DNA of 62,791 nucleotides, counting the filler, from an uncultured Methanoregulaceae archaeon (GTDB lineage Archaea > Halobacteriota > Methanomicrobia > Methanomicrobiales > Methanospirillaceae): NCBI GenBank assembly GCA_964530035.1. It is 17 parts of 17 records of this genome, joined end to end, with 100 filler letters (N's around TTAATTAATTAA, not from the genome) between each part and the next. Parts side by side here need not be neighbours in the genome. Positions count along the whole stretch, not along the records: positions 52,683 to 56,066 come from CAZGXZ010000206.1; positions 56,167 to 59,498 come from CAZGXZ010000207.1; positions 59,599 to 62,791 come from CAZGXZ010000208.1; 14 more parts are not named here. One strand, 5' to 3'. The notes below the pieces were generated by a model. That model was given only the letters and a program-made list of their open reading frames with translations. It was not told the origin of the DNA and did no database searches. Position numbers and translations under genes: made by a program. Shown piece after piece: positions 52,683 to 62,791 of the stretch (position 1 is the first letter of the stretch; each line of letters opens with the position of its first letter).

Positions 52683-52797
52683 ATGAGGCCATTTTTTGCA
52701 TTTTCATAGGAAACCCCCCTGATCAGAATCGCTGCTGAAGGAGACCTCTCATTATAGGGTGAATGAAAATGAAGACAGGGAGGATTTCAACGGAGCC
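52683..52797 (-). mobile_element. MITE-like repeat, copy E (left end, at contig start)
   Basis: Reverse complement of 62498-62612; ends AGGATTTCAACGGAGCC. Confidence 0.85.
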
Positions 52798-52850
52798 AAA
52801 AAAATTCAAGACGTGCAAAAGCCCTGTTCCATCAGAGTCCCTATCCGACC

Positions 52851-53255
52851 ATGCCCTGGAACCTCGAGCTGAAAGCGAACGATGTGAATGAAGCGATTCT
52901 TTTACTGACAGGATACTCCCGTGAACAGGTCCTTTCCATGGATGTCAGGGATTTCAGCGTCATATCCGCATCAGGCGAAGGATTCCGGGAGGCTATACCG
53001 GAGAAAAGGACTGATAACGGCGAAACATCGTTCACCTTCCCTTCAGGCTGGAAAGATGGAGAACGCCCTACTCTTCCATTGCTGAATAACACTGGCGAAA
53101 TCAGGGAACGGTAAAACGAGGAAAAGTTCCAGCAGATGGGGAGGTACATGGAACACGAGGTCGAGGGTCCAGGAAAGGGATATGCAGAGGTAGCAGAAGC
53201 TGACCTGACTGTCGTCTGTGACCTGACACCCCCTGATGTCTTCTCGACCTGCTGA
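52851..53255 (+). pseudogene. Degraded PAS/HAMP chemoreceptor-like remnant
   Basis: DVNEAILLLTGYSREQVLSM is a PAS signature; in-frame stops follow, then VAEADLTV..DLTPPD. Confidence 0.55.
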
Positions 53256-53367
53256 AGAGATGGAAGATATTCCGTAAAACCCCTCTGGAGAAGTACCCGG
53301 ACATGGATTGGATACATCACGCCCAGCATATTTTTCGAATGATACATCCACATTATGGAAGTACAAC

Positions 53368-53910
53368 ATGAACAGGACTCCCTCCCCTTCAGACCGGCTC
53401 CTTTTTATCCCGGTAACGGTTGAATCCTGCAGGGCAGGTCTGGTTTCAAACGATGCTCTTGCATCGGTCATCAGCGCAGATGTGCCTTCTGCCTGGCCCC
53501 CCCTGTCTTTGGACACGGATACCATAAGAGAGTTTATAGCGCTTTTAAACGAACCGGGACGGAGGGGGATTTGTTCCTTCTATTGGTTAAAAAGGCCTGG
53601 AAAAAGGGAGGAACTGCCTGTCCTTATTGGTAGTGGCGGTTTTATCATTCACCCTGGCGGAGTTTACGAACTCGGTTATTCAGTTGTACCCCCCTTCCTG
53701 AAGCAGGGGTATGCCACGGAAGCGGTGAGAGCACTCACTATATGGATTTTTCTTGAGAGACCGCTTGCGGAGGTCATCGCAAGAACCTTTCCTGATAATC
53801 CCGGATCCATCAGGGTTCTTGAGAAAAATGGTTTTTATCTTCTGGAATCAGAAGAACGCAACGACCTGGTCACGTACCGGATAACGCGGGATGACCTCAT
53901 CCTGGAGTAA
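53368..53910 (+). CDS. GNAT acetyltransferase, RimJ/RimL-like
   Basis: ELGYSV, KQGYATEAV, NPGSIRVLEKNGF. Confidence 0.88.
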   Translation: MNRTPSPSDRLLFIPVTVESCRAGLVSNDALASVISADVPSAWPPLSLDTDTIREFIALLNEPGRRGICSFYWLKRPGKREELPVLIGSGGFIIHPGGVYELGYSVVPPFLKQGYATEAVRALTIWIFLERPLAEVIARTFPDNPGSIRVLEKNGFYLLESEERNDLVTYRITRDDLILE

Positions 53911-54067
53911 ATATCCCCCCTGGAGCCGGTAAGTGGTTCGTTACCGGCGGCCCCCCCTCTGTGCGATCAGTTATTGTATCCCGGTAAGCGGGGGTGTCAC
54001 AGGTCACCTTCACCCGATGAGCCCGGAAAAGCCTTATGGTCAAGAACCTGACCATCAGTATATTAGT

Positions 54068-54853
54068 ATGCCCCGATTCTCCGGATGGTATTGGGTTGGA
54101 CTCCTCGGTGTCGTCCTGGCCCTCATGTCTGCCCCGGTCATGGCCGAGTGCACGGTATGCAAGACTACGACAGCACCCACGCTCGTCGCGGAGGTCCAGA
54201 CTACGCCGACCGTCACACCCACCACTGTCCCGACAACCGCACCGCCGACAACGGCTCCATTCCCGACAGAAAGCCCCGTACCGACGGCAACCCCTACAAA
54301 GATCGTGACGCCAACCCCTACGCAGACGGTCATGCCAGGTCCTGAAGGGACCCTGACGCTCCTGCCTGGCTGGAACTGCATCAGTCTTCCCGCGCCTGTG
54401 TCAGTTGACTACAGAAAAGCGGGACTGCTGTTCTGGGACCTCGACACCCAGGGGCATTCGATTTATTCATACCATGCCGCCACGTCCCAATGGAAGACTC
54501 TCACCTTTGACAGCCCCATCGTCCCCCTTGACGGGATATGGGTTTATTCAGCGTCATCTGTGAAAATCCCGTTCAAATATGAGTCGGCCCAGCCGGGGCC
54601 TGTCACGAAATCCCTGAATAGCGGTTGGAATTCCATGGGGTTTGCCTTAAAGGAGGCAACACCTGCAAAGGATGCAATGACCTCCGTCCAGAACTCCTGG
54701 GTTTTCATCATAGGGTACAATGCCGCAGGGCAGAAGAGCGAAACCTCAATCGTGCGCGGCAGCACAGACCCCGCTTTTTCTGATTCAAGACTGGTATACC
54801 CGATGCAGGGATACTGGGTTTCGATGAGCGAGAAAGGGACGTACTCGGGGTAA
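54068..54853 (+). CDS. Secreted Thr/Pro-rich cell-surface protein
   Basis: Signal peptide, TP-rich linker, duplicated LxxGWNxhS/G...GxWV domain. Confidence 0.8.
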   Translation: MPRFSGWYWVGLLGVVLALMSAPVMAECTVCKTTTAPTLVAEVQTTPTVTPTTVPTTAPPTTAPFPTESPVPTATPTKIVTPTPTQTVMPGPEGTLTLLPGWNCISLPAPVSVDYRKAGLLFWDLDTQGHSIYSYHAATSQWKTLTFDSPIVPLDGIWVYSASSVKIPFKYESAQPGPVTKSLNSGWNSMGFALKEATPAKDAMTSVQNSWVFIIGYNAAGQKSETSIVRGSTDPAFSDSRLVYPMQGYWVSMSEKGTYSG

Positions 54854-54989
54854 CCCGGAGTATAAACATTTTTTCAGATTCAGTACCACAACAGCCAGCC
54901 GGCTCAAGGTGCACCCTGGCCCCTGGAGAGATCCGCTAAAAAAGATAATGAGTACGTAATAGAACTAATTCACCCTGGTACCTTCTTCC

Positions 54990-55427
54990 ATGGAGACCAT
55001 TATCGACGGCATGGTCGCATCCCCTCTTCCGGCTCTTCACCATCCATACCCTGCGAAGTCCCTCCCCTGCAACCCTGGACTCAGCGGCATGCACCCTTCA
55101 CAGTCCCGCGGTCTTTGTGTGCTTGCGCGGGAGGAGAATATTCCCGTTTCAGAGGATGAAAAACGGCTTTCAATCCCGAAACCCTGCATGACGATCCTGA
55201 TTGACTCCAGGGCTGGTATGGGCAGGGTCGGAATGAACCCGGACCCGGATTACCGCCACGTGTTCAGGCTTTCCCTTGGAGAGAAGGGCCGACAACATCT
55301 CCACAGGACAGGGACCGCCCTCCGGGAGCGAATCCGGGAATATATCAGAATGACGGATGAAAAGGATATTCCGGAATTATCCTCTCTCCAGGTAAACCTG
55401 CAGGAGATTCTGTTAAAACTGGCGTGA
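54990..55427 (+). CDS. Degenerate MarR-like regulator (possible pseudogene)
   Basis: SIPKPCMTILID...PDPDYRHVFRLSLGEKG resembles the MarR wing, with DRR altered; lies upstream of an ABC ATPase. Confidence 0.45.
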   Translation: METIIDGMVASPLPALHHPYPAKSLPCNPGLSGMHPSQSRGLCVLAREENIPVSEDEKRLSIPKPCMTILIDSRAGMGRVGMNPDPDYRHVFRLSLGEKGRQHLHRTGTALRERIREYIRMTDEKDIPELSSLQVNLQEILLKLA

Positions 55428-55431
55428 AATC

Positions 55432-56066
55432 ATGAATGACCCCAATATCGTAACAGGTGTGTCCGGGACAAAGGGTGGTGATACAATGGAGCCTGAACCC
55501 GTCACGGCCCCCTGTCACCCTTCGGGAGTCTTTAACAGGCCTGGCGAGGGCGAGGTGATCAGGATTGACCACCTTACCAAGGCATTCACCAACCATGCGA
55601 CCGTCATCGCGGTGAACGATGTAAGCTTCAATGTCCGCAGAGGAGAGATTTTCGGTCTTCTCGGTCCGAACGGTGCCGGAAAAAGTACGCTCATCAGGAT
55701 CCTGACAACCCTCCTGAGTCCCACGTCGGGCAAGGCGTTCATCGATACATTCGAGGTCACCCGCGATGATGAGAAGATCCGCGGGATCATCGGGGTATGT
55801 CCCCAGAACAGTACACTTGACCTTGAACTTACGGCCTATGATAACCTGGCCTTTTACGGAGACCTGCTTGGTGTACCGGTGAAGGACCTTGACGGGCGTA
55901 TCAGGGAACTCCTTGCCATGACCGGCCTTGCCGGACGGGCCGGGATGCAGGTGAAGACCTTTTCAGGCGGTATGCGCCGGAAACTTGAGATAGTACGGGC
56001 ATTTATCCACCGCCCGCTTGTCCTGTTTCTTGACGAACCTACCATCGGGCTTGACCCGGAGTCGAG
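55432..56066 (+). CDS. ABC transporter ATP-binding protein (DrrA-like, 3' truncated)
   Basis: GPNGAGKS, FSGGMRRKL, LFLDEPT. Confidence 0.93.
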
Positions 56067-56166
56067 NNNNNNNNNNNNNNNNNNNNNNNNNNNNNNNNNN
56101 NNNNNNNNNNTTAATTAATTAANNNNNNNNNNNNNNNNNNNNNNNNNNNNNNNNNNNNNNNNNNNN

Positions 56167-57520
56167 CCTGAACTCCTCGCAGACTGACATGGTCCTGGAA
56201 AAGGCGCCATTTACCACCCAGCCAACACCCGTCCTCCTCATTGAGACCCCGGAGATCGACAACCGCACGGTGACCATGCATGGAGCAGCTGCGCCGGGAT
56301 CAGCAAACGTGACCATTGGAGGCATCCTTTGGGACTGGGGGGACAACCAGCAGCCCGAGTACCACGTCTTTCCCCACTCGCACGTCTATGACAGGAACGG
56401 GACCTATATCGTCTCGGTAACCGCCCTCCAATCAGACGGCCAGGAGGCAACAGAGACGAGAAACATTACCATCAACCCCCTTGCAGGTCCGGAGATCCTC
56501 CTGACAACCTGGAACCAGACCTTCTCCGGAAGGCCTGGCGGACAACCGGGGAGTCCACCCGTCCTCACGCTCCTCGAGCCAGTCATCGACGGCAGGAATG
56601 TCACCCTGAACGGCAACCTCAACCCGGCATCGCCCGGCCAGACCATCGAGTCCGTCCAGGTCGACTGGGACGACGGGACCGCCACGACCGCAAATGATCT
56701 CCCTGTGAGTCATCTCTATGCAAACCGCGACGTCTACACTATTTCTGTGACAGGAAACCAGTCCGACGGGCTGTCAACCACGAAGAGGATCACCCTCGAC
56801 CTGAAGCAGCAGTCACCCGGAGTCCCGGTTCCTCCTGACGGGGGAGGTCCTCCAGTGGCTGACCCGACACTCCTGATCGTCATTATTGTAACGGCAGTCG
56901 TCGTGGTAGTCACCGCGGCACTGGTCCAGAGAGTCATGATCAAGAGAGCCCTGCGCAGGATCACGCCGTTCCAAATCCAGGGCTTAAAAAAGGTCTTCAC
57001 CCCGCGGAGGACCCCTCTGACCATCACCACCCCGTCAACAGAGGAACTGGAGCGGATCTGCGCAAATACCGATGTCTCTGTGGACGTCCTTGGGGCAGTG
57101 ATACAGGTCTCCATGGAGATCGCCGTTGAGGGGCGTGAGGGGAAGGCAATCGGGACATCATTCATCGTAGGAGATACCGGCAACGTCCTCCAGAACTCGA
57201 AGCAGTTTGTCCTTAACCCGTTCCAGGGTCATGACGAGACGACACGGCTCGTAACAGACAGCGGGACGAGGGGGACTGTCAAGGAGTTCGCCCAGCTCGA
57301 CGGGGCATTCATCATCACCGGTGCGGGAGTCGTCGAGGCGGCCGGGAGGGGCATTACCGTGGACATGAGCCAGGTCGAGCTCCCGGGAGGACTGGGGTCC
57401 CGGCATTCCTCGGTTGCCGGCATTACCAGGGTAACGAAGTCCATCGGGGTCGTGGTCTCCCAGAGCGGACTCATCACGGTTTTCAGGGACGGAAAAATCG
57501 TGTATCCCCAGGCAGGGTAA
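56167..57520 (+). CDS. PKD-repeat, single-TM diadenylate cyclase (DisA_N/DAC domain), probably 5' truncated
   Basis: PKD-like WDWGD and VDWDDG repeats, a TM helix, then EGREGKAIGT, QLDGAFII, GLGSRH and VVSQSG. Confidence 0.85.
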
Positions 57521-57574
57521 AGTGGTACTAGCCTGCCTGCCTGCCTTCAGGATCTTTTTGTTTTCTTCGTTTGA

Positions 57575-57754
57575 GGTACTGATGAAACGCAGATGAACGG
57601 GAGTTCACAACCAGACTATGAAAAAACTCTTCCTAAACCTCCTAAGTATGAGGCCATTTTTAGTATTTCCATACCAAATCCCTTTCAATTGTATTCATCC
57701 CATTACAGGAGCTCTCCATCAGCTGCTATTCCGATCATAGGATTAACCAGAGCC
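57575..57754. mobile_element. MITE-like repeat, copy F (rearranged short form)
   Basis: 57575-57672 matches the reverse complement of 62587-62684; 57676-57754 matches 232-317 in forward orientation. Confidence 0.75.
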
Positions 57755-57779
57755 TCGTTTGCCTTTAACAGACCCGACA

Positions 57780-58535
57780 TCAGGAACAGGCCTTCACAGG
57801 ACTGTGCTCTCCCTTCCTGATACGGAAGAGGTCGAAGTCTCCGAAGGAGAACACCCGTATCATGACCTCCTCTCCTCCCTGGTACCGCTGTATTTCATGG
57901 TGATGCCTGGCACTGTCGTGCATGAGGTCGTGAACCGAAAAATAATCATGAATCATCTCCAGGAATTCTATCTGGCGGGTGATGAGAGCGTTTTCATACT
58001 CCTTGACCTCGCGGGCAAGATCGATGCATTCCTTGTCGGTGAGGTCCTGGTGCAGGAATCCATGCGGTTCGGGGCTTGAAAACAGGGCCCATGAAAGATT
58101 CCCTGACGCATCGGGTGCCCACCGGAGGGTATGCGGATAGGTCCGGCACACGCTGAACCTCCTGTCATAGATGCTGCACCGGCGATCTTTCAGGAACCAG
58201 CATGATCCGTCCCGGTCATCTTTCGTCCGGACGGCGTATCCTGATACATACAAGGTGCCTTCTCCGTCGCAGAACTCCGGGCCCGGGGCGGGTTCGAGGG
58301 CCGTGGGGTCTATCTGCAGGATCTCTGATACATCACGGTCAAGCAGGAACACGTGGCCATTCCTGCTCCTGCTGCAGCAGACCCCGCAGCGGTTACAACG
58401 GAACCCGGTCGTCCTGATCTTCCTGGCCAGTCCGTCGACAGGGTAGGCAAGCAGACGTTCCCGTTCATGCATCAGTGCGATGATGCGGTAGGGTACCGGG
58501 ATATCGCGGGAAACATCCATCAGGAGATCCTGCAT
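57780..58535 (-). CDS. YkgJ-family Cys-cluster protein
   Basis: GFRCNRCGVCC, CWFLKDRRCSIY. Paralog of 1414-2142. Confidence 0.85.
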   Translation of the reverse strand: MQDLLMDVSRDIPVPYRIIALMHERERLLAYPVDGLARKIRTTGFRCNRCGVCCSRSRNGHVFLLDRDVSEILQIDPTALEPAPGPEFCDGEGTLYVSGYAVRTKDDRDGSCWFLKDRRCSIYDRRFSVCRTYPHTLRWAPDASGNLSWALFSSPEPHGFLHQDLTDKECIDLAREVKEYENALITRQIEFLEMIHDYFSVHDLMHDSARHHHEIQRYQGGEEVMIRVFSFGDFDLFRIRKGEHSPVKACS

Positions 58536-58585
58536 TCAGGGAATAGCGAAGTATCCTCCTTTTAAGAGTCTAGCTCTCTCATTCA

Positions 58586-59498
58586 TTAAAACAACCAGCA
58601 CATCCTTGGTTTGCTCAGTCCGGCGGTCAGCGTTTCAGGTACGATCGGATTATGATAATCTTCGAGCCAGCGTGCATGGGGATTATTATCAAACATGAGT
58701 AATTTTCCGATTAAAGCCGAATCTGCTGCCTGGTGGTATCTCATGAAGATATACCGGGAGGTCCTGCCGACAATCTCAATCTTGCCGGTTGCATGTGACA
58801 TGATAAACCTGGCCCGCTTTGCGAGGCCGGAACATGCCTTCCATGCCTGCTGGATGATATCATAGGATTTTTCCACGGGGGTCTGAAAAATGCGGTTTCC
58901 GAGGGACGGGCGGCATTGGAAGACATAATACGGGGAAATACCTGCAAAAGAAAGTTTTCTGAAGAGATTTGTAAGGGTAACAGGGCTGCTGTTCACCCCT
59001 TCCAGGAGGGGAGTCTGGTTCACAATAACAAGTCCGGCCTTATGCAGTTGTTCAATGGCCCTGAGTGAAACACTCGTGATTTCATTTGGATGGTTGTAAT
59101 GGGCCATGAGGTAAATCCGTTTTTCCGGTGTACTATACCGCGACAGTACCCTGGTAAGACGGGGATCATCGAGGATGCGGTAGGGATTGTATGCCGGCAT
59201 CTTGCTGCCGATCCGGATGATATTCACATGGTCTATCTCCCGGAGCTCCCTGAGGATCCCTTCTAACCGGGTGGTATCCAGGGAAAGAGGATCGCCTCCG
59301 CTCAAAAGGACATTGGTGATCTCACGGTGTGATCTGATATACTCAAGACCCTTGGACACATCCTTTACCGTTTCCCTTTCGCATGAGATAAAGAGCCTTT
59401 TTCTAAAACAGAACCTGCAAATCCCTCCACATACGTCAGAAAGGAGGAGGAGTCCTGTCTGCGGGTACTTGTGTTGCAGGCCGGGAAGTTTCGTGTAA
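58586..59498 (-). CDS. KamA-family (lysine 2,3-aminomutase-like) radical SAM protein (5' truncated)
   Basis: GLQHKYP, CGGICRFCFRKR, LLSGGDPL, HYNHPNEI, PYYVFQCRP. Confidence 0.9.
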
Positions 59499-59634
59499 NN
59501 NNNNNNNNNNNNNNNNNNNNNNNNNNNNNNNNNNNNNNNNNNTTAATTAATTAANNNNNNNNNNNNNNNNNNNNNNNNNNNNNNNNNNNNNNNNNNNNTA
59601 CCTTTGATCTATCGGTCGATTTTCTTATTTGAGC

Positions 59635-59706
59635 ATTTCAACAAAGCCTAAAATTGAGATTTTTTGCTTTGTTGTAAGCTCCATATCTTCAATTTTTATT
59701 CACCCC
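59635..59706 (+). mobile_element. Repeat-family fragment, copy G (two abutting TIR-like ends)
   Basis: ATTTCAACAAAGCC, then AAAATTGAGATTTTTT GCTTTGTTG...TTTTATTCACCC, as in 207-262 and 62498-62538. Confidence 0.65.
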
Positions 59707-59871
59707 AAAATAAACGATTTTTGACCTTCCCCAGGGGACGCTGTCAAGGGACACGCGGCCTGGCCCTGGAAAAGAGAAAAAGGGACGTGAAGGTCAGGAC
59801 CGCTGACTTCGCCAGGGCTTGTCGGAATGATAAAGAGAATTGTTCATATATATACGAACAAATAATAGTCC

Positions 59872-61095
59872 ATGAAAGCCGAGTCAAAAAAGGTTAGTGA
59901 CGGCGTATACTGGGTCGGGACCCTGGACTGGGACCTCCGGACATACCACGGGTATACCCTTCAGGGAACGACCTACAATGCGTTCCTTGTCTTCGGCAGG
60001 GACAAGGTCGCGCTAATCGATAACACCTACCCGGGCACGTCGTCGCAGATGTGGGGCAGGATCGCCCATGCGTTCTCGTGTGAAAACAGGGCCCTCAAGG
60101 TCGATGTCATCATCCAGAACCACATCGAGCGGGACCACTCGGGTGCCCTCCCGGAGGTCGTCAGGCAGTTCCCGGACGCCCCGGTCTGCTGTACCGAGGT
60201 AGGAAAGAAAGGTCTCCTCAAGCATTATCCAAAGCTCTCGGGGGTGGAGTTCATACTCATGAAGACCGGCATGCCGGTTGAACTTGGCGGAAAGACCCTC
60301 GTGAGCGTCGAGACCCCGCTCCTCCACTGGCCCGACAGCATGGTCACCTTCCTCCCGGAAAATGGCATCCTGTTTTCAAACGACGCCTTCAGCCAGCACC
60401 TCTGCTACTCAGGCAGGTTTGACAGCGATGTCCCGGCGACGGTCCTCATGGACGCGGCTGCCAAGTTCTATGCAAACCTCCTGGTCCTCCCCTCGAAGCT
60501 CCTCGTGAAAAAGGTGTCCGAGCTGGAGCAGATGGACCTTATCAGGAAGATCACCATGATCGCCCCGGCACACGGCCAGATATGGACAAATCCAGGGCAG
60601 ATTCTTTCTGCGTACACGGGCTGGGCGACCGGCACGTGCGATGACAAGGTCACCATCATCTACGACACCATGCACCATTCGACCCGGATGATGGCCCACG
60701 CCATCGCGGAAGGGGTCATGTCCGCAGGGATGGACGTGAAGGTGTACTACCTCCACGAGGACGAACGGAGCGAGATCGTGAAGGACATCCTGGCCAGCAG
60801 GGGGATATGCGTGGGGATACCGACCATCAACGACGCCCCGTACCCGAGTGTCGGTGACCTCATGTACTACCTGAAGGGGTTGCGCTTCGACCGGACCGGG
60901 GTGCGGAAGGGAGCGGTAACCTTCGGTTCCATGGGCGGGCGCGGGGGTGCTGTGAAGAAGATCGCCGACGAGCTCACAGAGGCCGGGTTCGATGTCAGGG
61001 AACAGATGGAGTGCTACTTTGTCCCTGATGAAAAGGAACTGGATGAATGTTTCGAACTCGGGCGGCGTTTTGCGGGGACACTGTCCGCCAGGTGA
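59872..61095 (+). CDS. fprA: Flavodiiron protein (F420H2 oxidase-like)
   Basis: [24 protein letters not shown], and a flavodoxin domain YDTMHHST. Confidence 0.93.
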   Translation: MKAESKKVSDGVYWVGTLDWDLRTYHGYTLQGTTYNAFLVFGRDKVALIDNTYPGTSSQMWGRIAHAFSCENRALKVDVIIQNHIERDHSGALPEVVRQFPDAPVCCTEVGKKGLLKHYPKLSGVEFILMKTGMPVELGGKTLVSVETPLLHWPDSMVTFLPENGILFSNDAFSQHLCYSGRFDSDVPATVLMDAAAKFYANLLVLPSKLLVKKVSELEQMDLIRKITMIAPAHGQIWTNPGQILSAYTGWATGTCDDKVTIIYDTMHHSTRMMAHAIAEGVMSAGMDVKVYYLHEDERSEIVKDILASRGICVGIPTINDAPYPSVGDLMYYLKGLRFDRTGVRKGAVTFGSMGGRGGAVKKIADELTEAGFDVREQMECYFVPDEKELDECFELGRRFAGTLSAR

Positions 61096-61163
61096 CAGGG
61101 GCTGAAGAAGGACTGAAGCGTCCCGGTCCATACCGGCAACACCCGGCATACCCTCTTTTTCAT

Positions 61164-62357
61164 TTACCCGACCGGTATCAGCCCGGGATGGCGCCCGGTG
61201 ATGCTCCTTCCCCCTCCGGGAGTGACAACAAATGTGTTCTCGGTGCCGACCATGCCAATTCCCTTGATCCCCTTCTTCGGTTCAAGGGCGATGACCATCC
61301 CTTCCTCGAGGGGTTCATCAAATCCCTTCGCGATGACCGGGTTCTCTGCTATTTCAAGCCCTATCCCGTGGCCGAGGAACTTCACCCGCCGGTTCCCGTA
61401 CCCCATGAAGTTTTCGAGGAACGAGGGTTTGAGCCCCTCCGTGATGGTCTCGTAGATCTCCGCCGGGACCGCGCCGGGTTTCAGCAGGGGGACGATGGCG
61501 TCCTGTATCTCGACACATTTCCTGTGGATTGCAACTGCTTCATCAGGCAGCGGCCTGCCGAACACATACGTCATGGTCTTGTCCGTGTGGTACCCGTTGT
61601 ATCCGCAACCGATGTCCACGAATACGAGGTCCCCGTCCCGCAGTTTCCGCAACCGGCTACCGAGGAGCGGGACGGCAGGGGAGATCCCTGCGTTTCCCCC
61701 GGGGCTGTCGAGGTAGGTTGGGTAGATGGAGCTCTCCCCGAACCCGATCAGCCCGAGCAGGATCTCGGACTCTGACATGCCGAACCGGACGATCCCATGG
61801 TGTCCCTCGTTCAGCATGAGGGAATAGATCTCGCCGGTCAGATCAGCCTCGCTGATCCCTTCGCGGAGGACCCCTGGCACGAGGTCCTCGAGCACGGTCC
61901 GGTGGATCTCTCCCGCCTGCTCCATCAGGCCGATTTCAAACGGGCTCTTCACGGCACGGGTTGAGAGCACCTGCTGGTCGAGTGCCCTGACCCTGCTGAA
62001 AGGAAAATGCTTTTTCAGACGTGAGTAAACGGCTATCGGGACCTGTTCGGTCTCGAGGTATACGGTCCCGGGGGTTCTCTCCATCGTCTTCGCTGCATCG
62101 CGGTAACTTCTCATCCCCCTGATCAGGGGAAAATGCGACTCGTCCCTGGCCCGTTCGTAACTGCGGCGCACCCAGAAACAGGCCTCCCCGTCGCGGGGGA
62201 TAAGCAGCATCCCGTCCTGGATGGTCCCGGTGAAGTAGTAGAGGTTGACCTTGCTGAAAATGAACCCTGTCTCCCACTCAGGGTGTGCAGCGTCCATCAG
62301 GAGCCGGAAACGCTTCAACCGGTTTTCCAGTTCGCTTCCCGGGACTCTCATTGGCAT
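61164..62357 (-). CDS. Xaa-Pro aminopeptidase family (M24)
   Basis: [36 protein letters not shown]. Confidence 0.92.
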   Translation of the reverse strand: MPMRVPGSELENRLKRFRLLMDAAHPEWETGFIFSKVNLYYFTGTIQDGMLLIPRDGEACFWVRRSYERARDESHFPLIRGMRSYRDAAKTMERTPGTVYLETEQVPIAVYSRLKKHFPFSRVRALDQQVLSTRAVKSPFEIGLMEQAGEIHRTVLEDLVPGVLREGISEADLTGEIYSLMLNEGHHGIVRFGMSESEILLGLIGFGESSIYPTYLDSPGGNAGISPAVPLLGSRLRKLRDGDLVFVDIGCGYNGYHTDKTMTYVFGRPLPDEAVAIHRKCVEIQDAIVPLLKPGAVPAEIYETITEGLKPSFLENFMGYGNRRVKFLGHGIGLEIAENPVIAKGFDEPLEEGMVIALEPKKGIKGIGMVGTENTFVVTPGGGRSITGRHPGLIPVG

Positions 62358-62497
62358 GGCGTACCTGTACGGACTTGAACTATTTACGGGTAATGAAACG
62401 GGCTGCATCCCACGGCTGGACCCGGAGGAAGCCTGCTTCCTTGAAGTTATGAATAGATGATCGCGCTCCCTTGTCCTGGGGAAATAACCGAAAAAAA

Positions 62498-62791
62498 GGC
62501 TTTGTTGAAATCCTCCTCATCCATAATTTTATTCACCCAATTATGAGAGATCTCCATCAGCTGCTATTCCAATGATAGGATTTCTTATGAAAATGCTAAA
62601 AATGGCCTCATAATATGGAGATTTTGGATGGGGATTTTCATGGTTCGTGTGTGAACTCCTGTTCATGTGCATTTTAACAGAGCCAATTTTTTGGTTTTCA
62701 CCTTGAACAGGAAGCGTATTGGAGGGATTTGAACCGGGGGGGCTGCCGCCCCCCAAACCCCCTGCATACGATAGCCATGGCAAGCCGTTGG
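62498..62791 (+). mobile_element. MITE-like repeat, copy H (left part, runs off the window)
   Basis: Starts GGCTTTGTTGAAAT; internal ATTTTAACAGAGCC at 62671-62684; matches 2202-2495. Confidence 0.88.

Overview
This window is not one locus. It is 17 short contigs (about 3.2-4 kb, roughly decreasing in size) joined by artificial 100-nt linkers (44 N + TTAATTAATTAA + 44 N), so adjacency across linkers means nothing. Gene content points to a methanogenic archaeon, most likely Methanomicrobiales (inference). Housekeeping and metabolic genes include archaeal trpS-pheS-pheT, thpR-cca, truA, porBACD, nre, ribL, fprA, rubrerythrin, class III signal-peptide pilins, PAS histidine kinases and a tRNA-Gln. 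The most notable items are: (1) an overlapping vWA + tandem AAA+ gene pair whose motifs resemble eukaryotic VWA8/midasin, split into two genes; (2) a modular non-coding repeat family present 8 times, with IS903-like terminal inverted repeats and a core carrying two opposed G/C hairpin motifs; (3) a receptor-like PKD-TM-diadenylate cyclase; (4) a nitrogenase component-1-like gene pair with no adjacent reductase; (5) a 477-aa LAGLIDADG intein at a conserved Cys of NrdD; (6) a likely unannotated 36-aa Cys/His microprotein. All family assignments come from motif recognition by eye; no searches were run.
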